NCBI GenBank assembly: GCA_963714085.1
Contig: OY970229.1
Coordinates: 1,376,001-1,440,000, forward strand
Reading direction: 5' to 3'
Length of the DNA stretch: 64,000 bases
From: an uncultured Candidatus Micrarchaeota archaeon
GTDB lineage: Archaea; Micrarchaeota; Micrarchaeia; Anstonellales; Bilamarchaeaceae
The notes under the pieces are model-generated. The model did no database searches. It worked only from the letters and a program-made list of their open reading frames with translations, and was not told the DNA's origin. The translations under genes and the position numbers were made by a program. Below, piece by piece: positions 29,701 to 44,700 of the stretch; position 1 is the stretch's first letter; every line of letters starts with the position of its first letter.

Positions 29701-32700
29701 AGTTCCTATGACACGATCATAAACTCCACCGCGGCATCGAGCGTAGGCGCGGGCTTCAACATCCACTCGAGCACCAATAACGCGATAATCGATTCCACCG
29801 GAATCTCGGACTCGAACAAGGGCATCGACCTCTTCTCGGGCTCCAGCTACAACTCGATAATCAACTCCACCGGGACGTCCAACTCGGACAACGGCATCTA
29901 CCTGTACACGGGCTGCGATTACAACAACATCAGCGGCTCCACCGGGACATCCAACACGAGCAACGGCATCCTGCTATGGGTGGACTCCAACGACACGATC
30001 ATCAATTCCACAGGCATATCCGGCTCGTATTTCGCCATCCACGTCCTCTCGAGCACCGGCAGTATCATCATAAACTCGACAGGAACCAGCTCTTTGCAGG
30101 GCATCCTGCTCGAGTCAAGCTCCCACGACCAGGTCATCGGTGGAACGTACAGCGGAAACCCGGCCATCCACGTCTTTAACTCCAATTATGAATCAATCGT
30201 CAACTCGACAGGCACCTCAAGCTCATTCGCGGGCATACAGCTCAACGCCGGAAGCAGCAACAACACGGTAACCGGCTCCACCTTGTCCGGCGGCTCGAGC
30301 TATGGCATCTTCATCAGCGACGGGAGCTACAACACCTTCCTCGCCAACACTATCAGGGGCGACCGCTGGGTATCCGACGCGAATGAGACCGATGTCTACA
30401 ACGACTCCACATCCGGTAACATCTACTATCTGGCAAACGGCACGCCGGCCAAGAGCGTATACGACATCCACAGCAGCACCTCGACGTGGGCTGACTCAGG
30501 CAGCGACCTGCCGTTCAGCTCATCGCTGTCCGGCGGGCAATGGAGCGGCGACGGCCAGGACTGGCATCCGTGGGTCGGGCCGTATTCCGGCTGTGTCAAC
30601 CTCTCTGACCCGTCCACCTACCAGGGCGAAGTCTCGGGCGACAACGAAACAGCCGGCTTCAGCGTCAACAGCTCGATAACCCTGTGCACGGACAACTACT
30701 CGTTCGGCGGCGTCACAGCGCTCACGGTCACGGAGCCGTACGTCACGATAGACTGCGCCGGTGCCTCGATGACCGGAGAGCCCCTCGACGGAGCCTACGG
30801 CATCTATTCCAGCCAGTCCAACACTACTATCGAGAACTGTATGATCCAGAACTTCACTTACGGCATCTACATGGAGGGCGCGAGCGGCGCTATCATCTAT
30901 AACAACACCGTGCAGAACCTCACCGGAGCCGGATTCGGCATCTGGAACTATCTCCCCGGTGGAACGAGCGCAGGAGTATACCTCAATAATTCAACGGACA
31001 GCGTGATATCCTCGAACACGTTCTCAGGCATCACCGGCGGCTACGGAGGCGGGAACCCATATACGGGCGGCCGCGGCGGCGACGGCGGCAACGCATTCGG
31101 CGTCTATCTCGCCAACTCCGCGTCCGACAGCGTCTACTCGAACTCGGTCTCCTCCCTCACCGGAGGCGCCGGCGGCTACAGCTACGGCTTCCCCGGTTCC
31201 AACGGCGGCGCGGCAGCAGGAGTGTATCTCGTCGATTTCTCGTCCGGCAACGTCTCCTCCAACTCGATCTCCTCGCTCACCGGCGGCGATGCCGGCAACG
31301 GCGGCACCGGGGGCGACGCGCTGGGAATCTACTTCATAGGCTCCTCATCCAACAACGTCTCATCGAACTCGGTCTCCTCAATCAGCGGCGGCCCCGGCTA
31401 CTACGCCGCCACCGTGTCGGCCATCTTCCTCACCGGTTCGGACCACAACACCCTGCTCGGCAACGCCCTTCAGAGCGCCCATTGGGTCTACGACGACACT
31501 GACACCAACTCGTTCAACAACTCTTTCATGGGCAACATATACTACCTCGCCAACGGCACCGGCTCATGGCTGGTCTACAACATCACGGACAACAACAGCG
31601 ACGGCTGGGCGGACGTCGGAAGCGACCTGCCCTTCAGCTCCTCCACGCAGGTAGGCATCGACGGCCATTGGGTTGGCAGCGGCGAGGACTGGCATCCGAG
31701 AATAGTCTACATAGGCTGCGTGAACCTCTCAAACCCCGGGACCTACCAGGGCAACATCTCCGGTTCGATGGGCTCCGGCTTCAGCGTCAACGGCTCCATC
31801 ACGCTGTGTCCGGACAACTATTCTTTCGGCTATATCAATGCCCTTAACGTGGAAGCGGACAACGTGGCGATAGACTGCAACGGCAGTTCGATAACCGGCA
31901 GCGGCGGCTACGAAGGCGTCTACAGCGACTATACCAACACCACGGTGGAGAACTGCAACATCGTGGACTTCAACCAAGGAGTCGAATTCGACGGCGCGAC
32001 GTACGGCACGATCCTGGACAATGACTTCCAGTACAACTCCCAAGGGGTCAACCTCGATTACGGATCAGGAAACAATCTCGTGGAATACAACAATTTCTCG
32101 GAGAACTACCAGGGCTTCAACGCATATTACTCTAACAACAATCAGATCCTGTACAACAACATCTCCAGCACCATGCAGAACAACGGCGTCGGCACGTCAT
32201 GCCCGTTCCTCTACACTTGGAACGGCACCGGCTACGATTTCGTGTCTGACATATCCCGGGGAGGGCACATAGGCTCCTCGTCCAACCCGGGGAAGAACAT
32301 CTTCCCGCAGGACTTCACGAAGATCCCTGGCAGCATGCTCCAGCCACAGGACGGCCAGTACGGCGTGAAGGTCACGGAGGAATACGACGAGATAAGCTAC
32401 CTCGACCAGCTGGACCTGTATACGGTGGACCACTCGCCTGAAGTGGACGTTTATCCGGGTTTCCTGACAAGCAATTTCAGCACGTTCTACACCGTGAGCA
32501 AGAATCCGCAGCCCGTGGCCTCGTGCAAGAGCGACGGCGGTGTGAACTGCCTCGCGAACATATCCGGAGCGAACGACTACACGTCGGTGCCCATGAACCT
32601 TACACTCAATCTCGGCAACCTGTCCAACGCGTCGAGCATCAAGCTCATTCTGTCGCTGGCGAGGGCGCCGAGGAACTTCAACGGCAACAAGTCGCTGCAA

Positions 32701-35700
32701 GTTATAAACGGGACCAAATGGGTGAACCTATATAAGGGAAGCGATTTCACCAGCAACGGGGGCATGCCCAGGGTGGTCGTTATCGACCTGACAGGCAAGT
32801 TCCCGACCAACAACTACACCATAAAACTCATGCTGCCCACCGCGCTTTTCAATTACGTGAAAGTGGACACCACGCCTCAGGAGACCACCATCGTGAACAG
32901 CTACCCCGCGGCATCCGCGGACCTCCACCACAGGGGCTATTCGACGCTGATTGGGAACATAACCATGACCAGCGACTACTATAACGTCAGCGCCACCTCG
33001 AACTACTCCAACCCGTCGGGCAACTTCACGAAATACGGGGACGTCCTGTCCCTGCTCAATGCCACTGACGACGAATACGTGATAATGCACCACGGCGACG
33101 AGATAGCGCTGACATTCAACTACACGCCCGTGGCTGACGGCATGCAGCGCGACTTCATGCTATACAGCAACGCGTTCTACAAGCAGGCCAATGATTCTAA
33201 CGGCTCTACTGTCACGCCGCTGCCGTTCCAGGCCATGACCGGCTATCCCTATCCAGCGAACCAGAGCTACCCGAACGACACGGCGCACCAGCAATATCTT
33301 TACGATTGCAACACGAGGTATTACCAGGGCGGAAACGTGACGACTGATTCGGCAGGCGCGCTGCCCTACTCGCACGACAACCTCGTGCAGGGGAACATCA
33401 TAAACGGCTCGAGCAGCAGCACCGGGCTCTATGTCTACGGGGAGCAGAGCTCGCAATTCATCGACAACAACTTATCCGGTGTCCTGTACGGGTTTGACGA
33501 GGAGAGATCCACGAATCTTCTCAATGAGAACAATTCCATCCAGGGGGCCGGCCTATACGCCGTATACGTGAGGAACAACTATGAATCCAATACGGTCTCC
33601 AACATCATGGACAATGCCACTTGGGGCGTCTATATCGATGGCGACTCGGGCGACCAGGTCACCGGGAACAACATGACCCACGTGGTCAACGGCATCAGCG
33701 TCACCGACGGGGCCGATTCCGAAGCGATACTGGGCAATTCCATCAGTGCGAGCGGAACGACGACTGAATTCAGCTCTCCCTACGGTGTGGCGTACGGCCC
33801 GGACGGCTACCTCTACGTGACCGATACCGGCAACAATGTCGTGGAAAGGATAAACACCACGACCTCAGAGACGGACGTGGTCGCGGGGCAACCCATGGAC
33901 AACAGCTATCAGGAAGGCGTCGGCTCCGGCGCTATTTTCTCTTACCCAGCGGCCCTCGCGTTCGGGCCCGATGGCTACCTCTACGTTGCGGATCACTGCA
34001 TCATAAGGAAGATAAACGTCACGACCAACCAGACGTTCTTCGTGGCAGGGGACAATGTCGGTCTGGATTGCGGCTACCAGGAAGGCGCCGGTTCTGCCGC
34101 GCTCTTCAGCTGGCCCCAGGGCCTCGCGTTCGGGCCCGACGGTTACCTCTACGTCGCGGACTCGGACAACGATGTCATAAGGAGAATCGATGTGGCCACC
34201 AACGAGACGTCCCTCGTAGCCGGCACTCCCGACACCACGGGCTACGTTGAAAACGATACGGACGGTTCCCATGCCGAATTCTACTCCCCGACAGCACTCG
34301 CGTTCGGGCCAGACGGCTATCTCTACGTCACGGATATGACCAACCAACTCATAAGGAAGGTCAATATCACGACCACAGGGACGTACTACGTGGCTGGCAG
34401 CCCGGGTTATTGCGGCTACCAGGACGGCATCAACGATTCTGCTCAGTTCTGCTACCCGCAGGGCCTTGCCTTCGGCCAGGACGGTTTCCTCTACGTGGCA
34501 GATACCGACAATGGTTTGATCAGGAAAGCGGACGTGGACACCGGCCAGACCTATTTTGTAGCTGGAAACGGGGGCTCATACCAGGAGGGCGTCGGAGCCA
34601 ATGCCAGCTTCGATTTCCCGCGAGGCCTTTCAGCCGGGCAGGGCAACACTATATATATTACGGACACCAACAACAACCGCGTAAGGAGCATCGACACCAC
34701 CACGAACCAGACCTCGCTCGTCGCAGGCAACGGGTACTCGGACTTCATCTTCGATTATGAGCGCTCCGCGCTCCTGCTGCAGGACACCGGCGATAATACG
34801 ATAGCGAACAACACGTTCGACTCCGAGCTCTCAGCAGTGAACCTGCTCGATACCGGGGACAACCTTTTCGTGAACAACACGCTGTCCTCGCCATCGACGC
34901 TCCTCACCGTGGACCCGTCATCCGGAAGCAACACGTTCTACTGGAACAACTTCACGGACACGAGCGGGCTCTATGTCAACGATTCTGGTAGCGACGATTA
35001 CTACGACGCCACCACTCCGGCAGCTACGGATGAGGGTAACATCTGGGCCAATGTAGTCAGCGGCCAGGTCGTCATAACCGGCACCGAGCATTCGGCCGGC
35101 TTCCCGCAGTATCTGATCGGCAGTGGCGGAAGCGGCTATCCGTATGACGACGCGACTTCCATGGGCAAGACGATAGGTGTGACCGACAACGCGCCGCTCG
35201 TCCCATCGGTTCCGTGTATCAACCTCACGGACCCGTCCACGTACACTGACAACATCTCGGGTGACATGAGCTCAGGCTTCAGCGTGAACGGTTCGGTTCT
35301 GCTGTGCCCGGACAACTACTCGTTCAGCGGCGTCACGGCCCTCACCGCAGTGGCGGACAACGTGACGATGGACTGCAACGGCGCCTCCATAATAGGAGAC
35401 GGCTCATCGTACACGTACGGAGTCCGTTCCGACTCGGTGAGCAACACCACCGTGGAGAACTGCAACATCACGGACTTCACTGATGATGTCTACTTCCGTT
35501 CCGTTTCCGGCGGCTCGATAACAAACAGCGAGATGAGCTTCGCTCAACCCAGGGGATCCTGGCCCAATGGGCTCGGGATATACCTCAGCGCGTCCACGGG
35601 CGTCAACGTCTCTGGGAACAACGTTCATGACAACAACGATTTCGCGATATACCTGGATTCGAATTCGGACGGCAACGAGATCTCCTATAACAACCTCAGC

Positions 35701-38700
35701 GACAACAGCCAGGGCATAATCCTCTGGTATTCGGACAGCAACATGATAGGGCACAACACCATCATCAACTCCTACACGTCCTACGGTTCCTGCCCGTTCC
35801 TCTACCTCATGAACGGCTCGAACTACAGCTATTACACCGACTTGGGAGGCGAGCCGCTGGGCACCAAATGGTTCGTGCCGCAGAAGTACACTGCAGGGAC
35901 GTACGAGCTCGGCGACTTCCAGCCGACCGACGGCGTTTACCAGCTGAAGATAAGGGAAGTCATCCCAGAATCGGATTATCTCGACCAGGCGAAGCTCGAG
36001 CTGGTCGACGTGCCACAAGGATACGGCGTGCTCAACACGTGGAGCTACACATACCCGTTCAACCAGGCGCCGAACGAGAGCTTCATGACCATAAAGGACC
36101 CGATAGCACCGATCAGCGCCACGGACAATTACAACAATAGCGTGCTATCCCAGGTATCCGGCAAGGACGGCGTGCCTGTGCCGATATACAACAAGGTCCA
36201 GAACCCAATAACATTGGACTTCGGAAACATCGCATCCCCGCAATACGCGAAGCTGGTCATCACAGGATGGGCTGCGTACGATGTGAACCCGGCGCTGAGG
36301 CCGCAGAACTACCTAATCGTGCAGACGCCCAACGCGACCGGCGGATGGACCACGCGCAGGCAATTCGGCAGCTTCATAGGAGACTCCAGGACGATCGTCT
36401 TCGACATCTCCGGCATACTCCAATCCAACGACACGCGCATGAGGATAATCGCGCCCTCCTCGTCATCCACCATCCACCTGATAGACCAGGTGCTTCTGGA
36501 CGACTCGCCGCCTGTGAACTTCACGGTCACAACTGTGAACGCGAGCAGCGCCGACCTGCAATACGGCGGCTCCGCAGATTACGTCTACGCGACGATAAGC
36601 CACAGGCACGTCAATGTGACGGACGCGCACAACCCGGCCATACCGGACGACCTCATGTACGGCAACTTCACCGCATACGGCGACGTCCTGCCCCTGCTCG
36701 CGAACGCGGACGACGAGTTCGTTGTGATGCGGCACGGCGACGAGCTGCAGCTGCAGTTCAACGACACCCCGAGGCAGATCGGGATGGACAGGTACGCATT
36801 CCTGCTCGCGGACGACATGTACACGATAAAGTCAAGCATAAACGGGTTCGTAAACGACTCCATAAGCCCCATGCCGTTCCACGGCATGAGCAAATACCCG
36901 TACAACGGGTCAGGGAACTTCTCCGATGGCGCGGCCCACGCGGCGTACGAGTCGCAGTGGAACACGCGTTCTTACGCGGAGCCGTTGCCCAACTCCAGCG
37001 CCGTCTCGCTCCCCTATTCGTTCAACAACACCGTGTTCGAGAACACGATAATCGGGGGGTCGTCCTATTCCACGGGCATGTCGCTGGACAACGAAGAATC
37101 CACGAAAGTGCTCGACAACAACATCTCCGGCGTGGAGACCGGGATCACCGATTATTACTCGATCGGCACGCTGATAAGAGGCAATATCATAATCGCGAAC
37201 AACAGCGGCACGGGGGTCTACCTGTACTACGAGAACAACCTCAATTACACCAACAGCAGCATCTCGGACAACACCATTTCGAGCGATGACATCGGGATCC
37301 AGCTGGACTGGGACTCGTTAAACGTCATGGTCTCGAACAACACCATAAACTCCTCGAGCACCTCCGTCTATGTGACAGACGGGTCGACGGCGGACACGAT
37401 CCTGCACAACAACATCACGAGCGGCAGCTGGGTGGAGGACGACGTCGGCGGCAACCAGTACAACGATTCGACCAGCGGCAACATCTACTACCTGGCCAAC
37501 GGCACGCCGTCCTGGGAGGTCTACAACATCACGGACATCAACGGCGACGGCTGGGCGGACACGGGCAGCGACCTGCCGTTCAGCTCGTTATTGTCCGGCG
37601 GGCAATGGACCGGCTACGGAGCGGACTGGCATCCGTGGACCGGCATGGCATCGCCGATATTCTTCGTAATCCCGACCCCGGCCAACGGCGCGACCATGGG
37701 CGGCACGTCCATCCCGGCCAACGTATCCATGAACGTGACCGACATGCAGAGCTTCACATGGAACCTGGACGGGACCAATTCGTCTCTCTATGACGATTCG
37801 CTCGTACTCATGCTAAACTTGGACAACGTCTCGGCACTGGGCGAATCCGATTCCTCTGTCACCAACGCATCCCTCTACGGGAACAACGGCAGCGTCAATG
37901 GCGGCGCGGTATGGACCCTTGACGGTAAATACAACGGCGCGTACTCCTTCAACGGAGTGGACAGCTACCTCGAGATTCCGGACTCGTCGTCCTTGGAGCT
38001 CTCAGGAGCCGATGACTTCACCATCTCGGAATGGATAAAGCCGGCTGCGCTCAACCAGACCGGAGACTTCTTCGACAAGGCAGTGGAGACCTACGGAGTC
38101 GGCCAGTTCCAGATATGGTTCACCCTGACCGGAGACGACCGGTTCCTTTTCAACCTAGGTGCCGAGGGCAATAACTGGGAATGGCTCTACTCGAACGCCA
38201 ACTACACGACCGACTGGACGCACATCGTGGTCGTCAAGAGCGGGAGCAACGTCACTGATTACATCAACGGCGTCCCGGACAACTCCTACACCACCGGCGA
38301 CACCTGGGCGAGCGCGAACACCGTTCCGATTGACATCGGCAGGTTCAGGCGCGACGGGGCCTCTTACTTCAACGGCTCCATAGACGAGGTGCGCGTATTC
38401 CGCCGGGCGCTTTCGCCGGCCGAGGTCACGCAGCTGTACGATTCCAGCCTCAAGAGGTACGACGCTAACGACTGGCAGTTCACGGCCAACGAATCCAACC
38501 TGGCCGCAGGCAGCCACACCATCCAGGCATTCGCGGTGAACGGAACGGGAAACACGTTCTCGACCGAAGAGCGGACCATAACCCTGCTGCCACCGCCGCC
38601 CACACAAGGCGTCCCGATACTCAACAGCACGTTCGGCACCAACACCGCCAGCGAGAACCTCACGGTCTACAACCAGTCCACGGTCGGCGCCACCAAGAAC

Positions 38701-41700
38701 ATAATCAACTGGTACGCGAACGGAACCCCGATCGACATGCTGAACATGCCTTTCGAAGGCGGCAGCAATTCCGCGTGGACCAGGGATTACTCGGACTACG
38801 GGAACAACGGCACGGTGTACGGAGCGACCTGGAACGCCACAGGCGGCTACGACGGGAACGGAGCATACCAGTTCGACGGTGTGTCGGGCTGGATCGACGC
38901 AACCGGGTCCTCGGGCCTGGACTTCACGTCCCCATTCACCGTCTCGTTCTGGTTCAAACCAGCCGACGCGGACTCGCCGGATGACACGTTCATCATCGAT
39001 AAAAGAACGTCAGGCGACCCCTGGAGGACCTTCGATTTCCAGATGTACAGCAACAACGTCTACTTCAGCATCTGGTCCGTCCCAAGGGCGCAGACGATCA
39101 TCTCCGGCTCGACCAATCTGAGCTCTGATACCTGGTACCATGCCGTCGGTGTGTTCAACGGAACCGACATCTCGCTCTATCTGGACGGGAACCTGGAGAA
39201 TTCGTCGCCTACGGCTTCGACGACCATCCAGCCGTCCGACGACGACATAAGGATCGGCAACCTGAACTCCGCGCCCACGGACTTCTTCAACGGTACGATA
39301 GACGACATCCTGGTATTCAACCGCGCCCTCTCCCCAGAGGAAATCCTCGCCCTGTACGATAACCGCACGGACGTCATGGTCTCGCAGGAGCTACATGTCG
39401 GAGACACGTGGCAGGCCTGCATGACGCCCAACAACGGCATCCAGGACGGCGCCACGAGCTGCAGCAACAATCTCACAGTGCTAAATGCACTGCCCACCCA
39501 GGGCATCCCCATCCTCAACAGCACGTTCGGCACCAATACCACCAGCGAGAACCTGACGGTCTATAACCAGTCCACGGTCGGCGCTACGACGAATATCATC
39601 AACTGGTATATGGACGGCTCGAGCATCGCAGTCCTCAACATGCCCTTCGAGGGCGGCAGCAACTCCATCTGGACCGAAGACTACTCCGGATTCGACAACA
39701 ACGGGACCGTATCTGGCGCGACATGGAACGCCACGGGCGGACATGATGGAAATGGCGCATACATGTTTGACGGGATTGACAACATGATAGACCTCGGGAA
39801 CCCGGCAAGCCTGAGCATAGGGGGCACCGATTCGCTGACCATCGAAGCGTGGATAAAGAAGGCGTCCAGCGATGCAACCGGTTTCATAGTTACCAAAAAC
39901 AATTCCGGAGGCGGAGGAGGTTACACCATGGCCATAGGCGTTCTCCCGTGCAACGCAACGCAGGTCAAGGTCACGAAATACAACGTCATAGACATCTGCC
40001 TCTCCGGTGTGCCCAGTGACACCAACTGGCACCACCTCGTGGAGATGGGCAACGCATCCGGGGTGTTCCTTTTTGTGGATGGCGTGCTGACGGACAGCTC
40101 CACAGACAACGAGAGCTGGCTTACTTCCAGCAGCAACACCGTGATCGGCTATGGCACGGACGTTGGACCCCAGGGATTCAACGGCTCAATCGACGACGTC
40201 CGCATCTACAACCGCTCCCTTTCTTCGCAGGAAATCCTCGCCCTGTACGATAACCGCACGGACGTCATGGTCTCGCAGGAGCTACATGTCGGAGACACGT
40301 GGCAGGCCTGCATGACGCCCAACGACGGCTTCCAGGACGGCGCCACCGAGTGCAGCAACAACGTGACCATCCTGCCCACCGCCTGCGTCAACCTCACGGA
40401 CCCATCCACATTCAACGGCAACATCTTGGGCGACCTAGCAGACGGTTTCATAGTCAACGGCTCGGTAACTCTGTGCAGGGACGTCTATCCCATGCCCGGC
40501 GACATCCTGGCGATGAACGTCACGGAACCGGGCGTGACCGTGGACTGCGACGGCGCGACGCTGGTCGGGGACAACTGGTCGAGCAACCTGGGCATCTATT
40601 CGGACCAGTTCAACACCACGATAACGAACTGCAACCTGGACAACTTCTCGACCGGCATACTGCTCAACTTCAGCGCGGATAACTCCACGATAGTCGGGAA
40701 CAACATATCTAGCACGAACACCGAGGGGCTCGGCATGTCCATGTTCTCGATTCCATCCGCAATCTCGAGCGAAAGCTCAGGCGACATCATCCAGGGCAAC
40801 AACATGAACACCAGCATCGCCAGCATCTTATTCCTGGGCGGCGTCAACAACACCGTCTCTTACGACAACGCTGAAGCGGAAGTCCCCATAGCCCTATTCG
40901 GGAGCGAGCAGAACAATTTCTCCTATGTGAACGCGACCGGGAACAACGAATTCGATTTCGGGGCAGGGATATACCTGGCCGAAAGCGCCTACAACGACTT
41001 CTCCAACATAACCGACAACGCAACGGACGGACTCGGTGTCTACCTCATCGGGTCGGAGAACAACACCTTCCTCGGCGACACCATCGAGGCGCCCGTGTGG
41101 GTAAGCGACGACACGGGCAACAACACCTTCAACGACTCGACCTCGGGCAACACCTATTACGAGGCTAACGGCACGCCGAGCTGGGACGTCTACAACATAG
41201 TGGACACCAACGGCGACGGCTGGGCTGACGTCGGAAGGGACCTGCCGTTCAGCAGCTCCCTGTCCGGCGGCGAATGGGAAGGGTACGGCGCGGACTGGCA
41301 TCCCTACACCGCGGTGCGCTGCGTGGACCTCACCAACAGCTCCACTTATCAGGACATGGTCTCCGGAGACATGGCGGACGGCTTCAGCATCAACGGCTCG
41401 GTCACGCTGTGCCCGGGCAACTACTCGGTCGGCGGCATGAACATCACGACGCCGGACACGACCCTCGACTGCGAGGACAGCTCCGTAAGCTCCGGCAGCC
41501 CGGGCAGCGGCACCGGTGTTAGCATACAGGCGGACGGGGACTCGGTCATCCACTGCGACATCTCCGGCTTCTCTTATGGCATAGACAGCTCTGGCAGCAC
41601 CAACGTGACGATAAGCAACGACACGATATCAAACTCGTCCACCGCGGCCATACACGGATTCACGGGCCCAGACTGGATGCATGTGCAGGACAACACGCTC

Positions 41701-44700
41701 TACGGCAACAACGTCGCCATCTGGTTCGACGCGGTGCACGAGGGCGACGTGATATCCGGCAACGAGATAGACAACAGCACCATCCACGGGATGGAGCTCG
41801 TCTACATAGACAACGCTACTGTGAGCGACAACACGATCTACAACGTGAGCGGCGGCGATGACCTCTGCGGATGCAGCGGCGGCTCCTGCCCGGACAGCAC
41901 CTGCGGCGAGGGCATATACGCGAACGGCGTGACCAACTCCGTTTTCAGCAACAACACCATAACGTACACCTTCGCCAGCGGCATCGGCTTCACGAACTCC
42001 CAGAACAACCTCATCTCCGATGGGGAGATAGGGTTCGCGAACCGTTACTACGCGGACAACTGGTCCTGGATGCAGGTCGGCGGAGGCATCTGGTACGATC
42101 CGGATTCGTCAAACAACACCGCGACCGGGCTCTACATGCACAACGACACGGGCGGCGCGTTCGACGTGCAGGGCGATTACAACACGATAGAGGGCAACAA
42201 CCTGAACCACAACTGCGGCGGCGTACAGCAGATATACTGCAATGGCGCAAGCAACCTCGTGATAAGCGGCAACAACATAACTGACGGGACCGGCAGCGGC
42301 ATATTCGCCATCGCCTGTGCCGACATGAACGTGACCGACAACCACATAGACAGGAACGCTGCGAACGGGCTCAACATCTATTCGGGGTCGGAGAACGCCT
42401 TGGTGGAGAACAACACTTTCGTGAACAACACGAATTGGGCCTTGTACCTGGGCTCCAGTTCTGACACCTTCCTCCACAACACCTTCCAGGGTTCATACTG
42501 GGTGGACGATTACGGGACGGGCGATTCCTACAACGATTCCACGTCGGGCAACATCTACTACCTCGCGGACGGCACGCCGTCCTGGGACGTCTACAACATC
42601 ACGGACATCAACGGCGACGGCTGGGCCGATGTGGGCAGCGACCTGCCTTTCAGCTCAGCCACGCAGGTGGGCATCGACGGTTATTGGGGCGGCAGCGGGC
42701 AGGACTGGCATCCATGGGCCGGTATCTCTTGCGTCAACCTCACGGACCCGTCCACATACGGGAGCTACGTCTCGGGCTCGATGGGCTCCGGCTTCAGCGT
42801 CAACGGCTCGATAACGTTGTGCACGGACAACTACTCTTTCGACAACGTCAACGCGCTCACGGTCACGGAACCCAACGTCACGATAGACTGCGCGGGCAGC
42901 TCTATACTGTCGGATAGCGATTCCTACACGGGAGCCTATTCCGACCAGCCCAACACCACCATCGCGAACTGCGCGATATCCGGTTTCAGCACAGGAGTGG
43001 ATGTCGAATCCGGAGGCGACTACGCGAGCATCGTGAACAGCTCCGTGAACGCGATCGATGACGGCATCCTCATCGAGAACGTGACCGGCGCGTCGGTTGC
43101 GAATTCCACCGCGGATTCGATTGATTATTCCGCGATAGAGCTCTACGGCACTACAGACAGCACGGTCTCCGAATCGCAGGCGACCTCCGAAGACGGAGTC
43201 GCAATACTGGTCCACAATTACGCGAACCAGAACGTAATCGCGAACGACACCGCGACGTACCTGGGCGACGGCTGTGAGTACCAGATATGCGGCGCGATCT
43301 TCATAGGCTCTAGCACCGGCAACCTGGTCGACAACAACACCGTGCTCTCCATAGGCGGGCATGGCATAAGGATTGGGGCCGGCAACGACGTCAGCGACAA
43401 CAACAACGTCACCGACAACACCATCAATTCGACCAGCGGGGTCGGGATAACGCTCAATTCGGGCGCATCCAATTGCTATATCAGCAACAATAACGTCGAT
43501 GCGGACAGCGTGAACGCCTGCCCGTACACCGAATGCGGCGCGATATTCTTCGCAGGAGGTAGCAACAACGTCATCGAGGGCAACAACCTCACCTCGCACT
43601 ACTGGTACGGCGCGAGGCTCAGCAGCTCGAGCGGGAACACGTTCACCAACAACAGCATAAGCTCCGACAGCAGGTACGTGCTTTACCTGAAGTCCGGCTC
43701 GAACACTAACACCTTCCTCGCTAACGCGATACAGGGGGGTAAGTGGGTGAGCGATTCTGGTTCGGGCAACTCCTACAACGACTCGACCTCTGGCAACATC
43801 TACTACCTGGCCAACGGAACAGGAGCCTGGAAAATCTACAATATAACCGACACCGACGCAGACGGATGGGCGGACATCGGAAGCGACCTGCCTTTCAGCT
43901 CCGCCACGCAGGTGGGCACTGACGGCTATTGGGCCGGCAGCGGGCAGGACTGGCATCCATGGGTCGGTATCCCCTGCGTCAACCTCACGGACCCGTCCAC
44001 TTACACCGACAACATCTCGGGCGACATGGCGGACGGCTTCAGCATCAACGGATCGGTCAGGATCTGCAAGGACAGCTACCCGATTCCCGGGGTCACGGCT
44101 CTCACAATAACTGGGGACAATGTGACCGTGGACTGCAACGGGGCCTCCATAATCGGAGACGGCTCCTCGGGCACGTACGGCGTCTACTCGAACCATCTGA
44201 ACACCACGGTGGAAAACTGCAACCTCTCTGACTATTCTGACGCCATCTACTTCGATTCCGTGGCTGGCGGCGCGATAACCAACAACGAACTGAGTTTCGC
44301 CCAATCCGGCGGTTCCTGGCCTGACGATTTGGGGTTGTACATGTACTCGTCCACCGGTATCAACATCTCCGGGAACAACCTGCACGATAACTCCTTTTTC
44401 GCGATTTACCTGGACCAGGGTTCGGATAACAACGAGATCACCTACAATAACATATCCAGCAATGACAATCTCGGTATGTACCTGTATTATTCGGACAACA
44501 ACCAGATCGGATACAACACCATGCTGAACTCATACGTGTCCTACGGCTCCTGTCCGTTCCTCTACCTTTGGAACGGATCGGGCTATGACTATTACACGGA
44601 CCTGGGCGGCGAGCCGCTGGGCACCGCGTGGTTCAAGCCGCAGAAATACACCGCAGGGACATATGAGCTAGGTGATTTCCAGCCCACGGACGGCGTCTAC

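Noticed and set aside
32200..33318. SCPFLY insert as an intein
   Set aside because: It starts with Cys but lacks the TxxH block B and the terminal HN-(C/S/T) motif
24020..34740. Teneurin homolog (EGF + NHL)
   Set aside because: No YD/RHS shell or toxin domain; the domains are embedded in a beta-helix scaffold
42655..44385. Long antisense ORFs (also 1105..2535, 5092..6591, 14945..16417, 18032..19309)
   Set aside because: Shadow frames of real genes in GC-rich, codon-biased DNA, with no motifs
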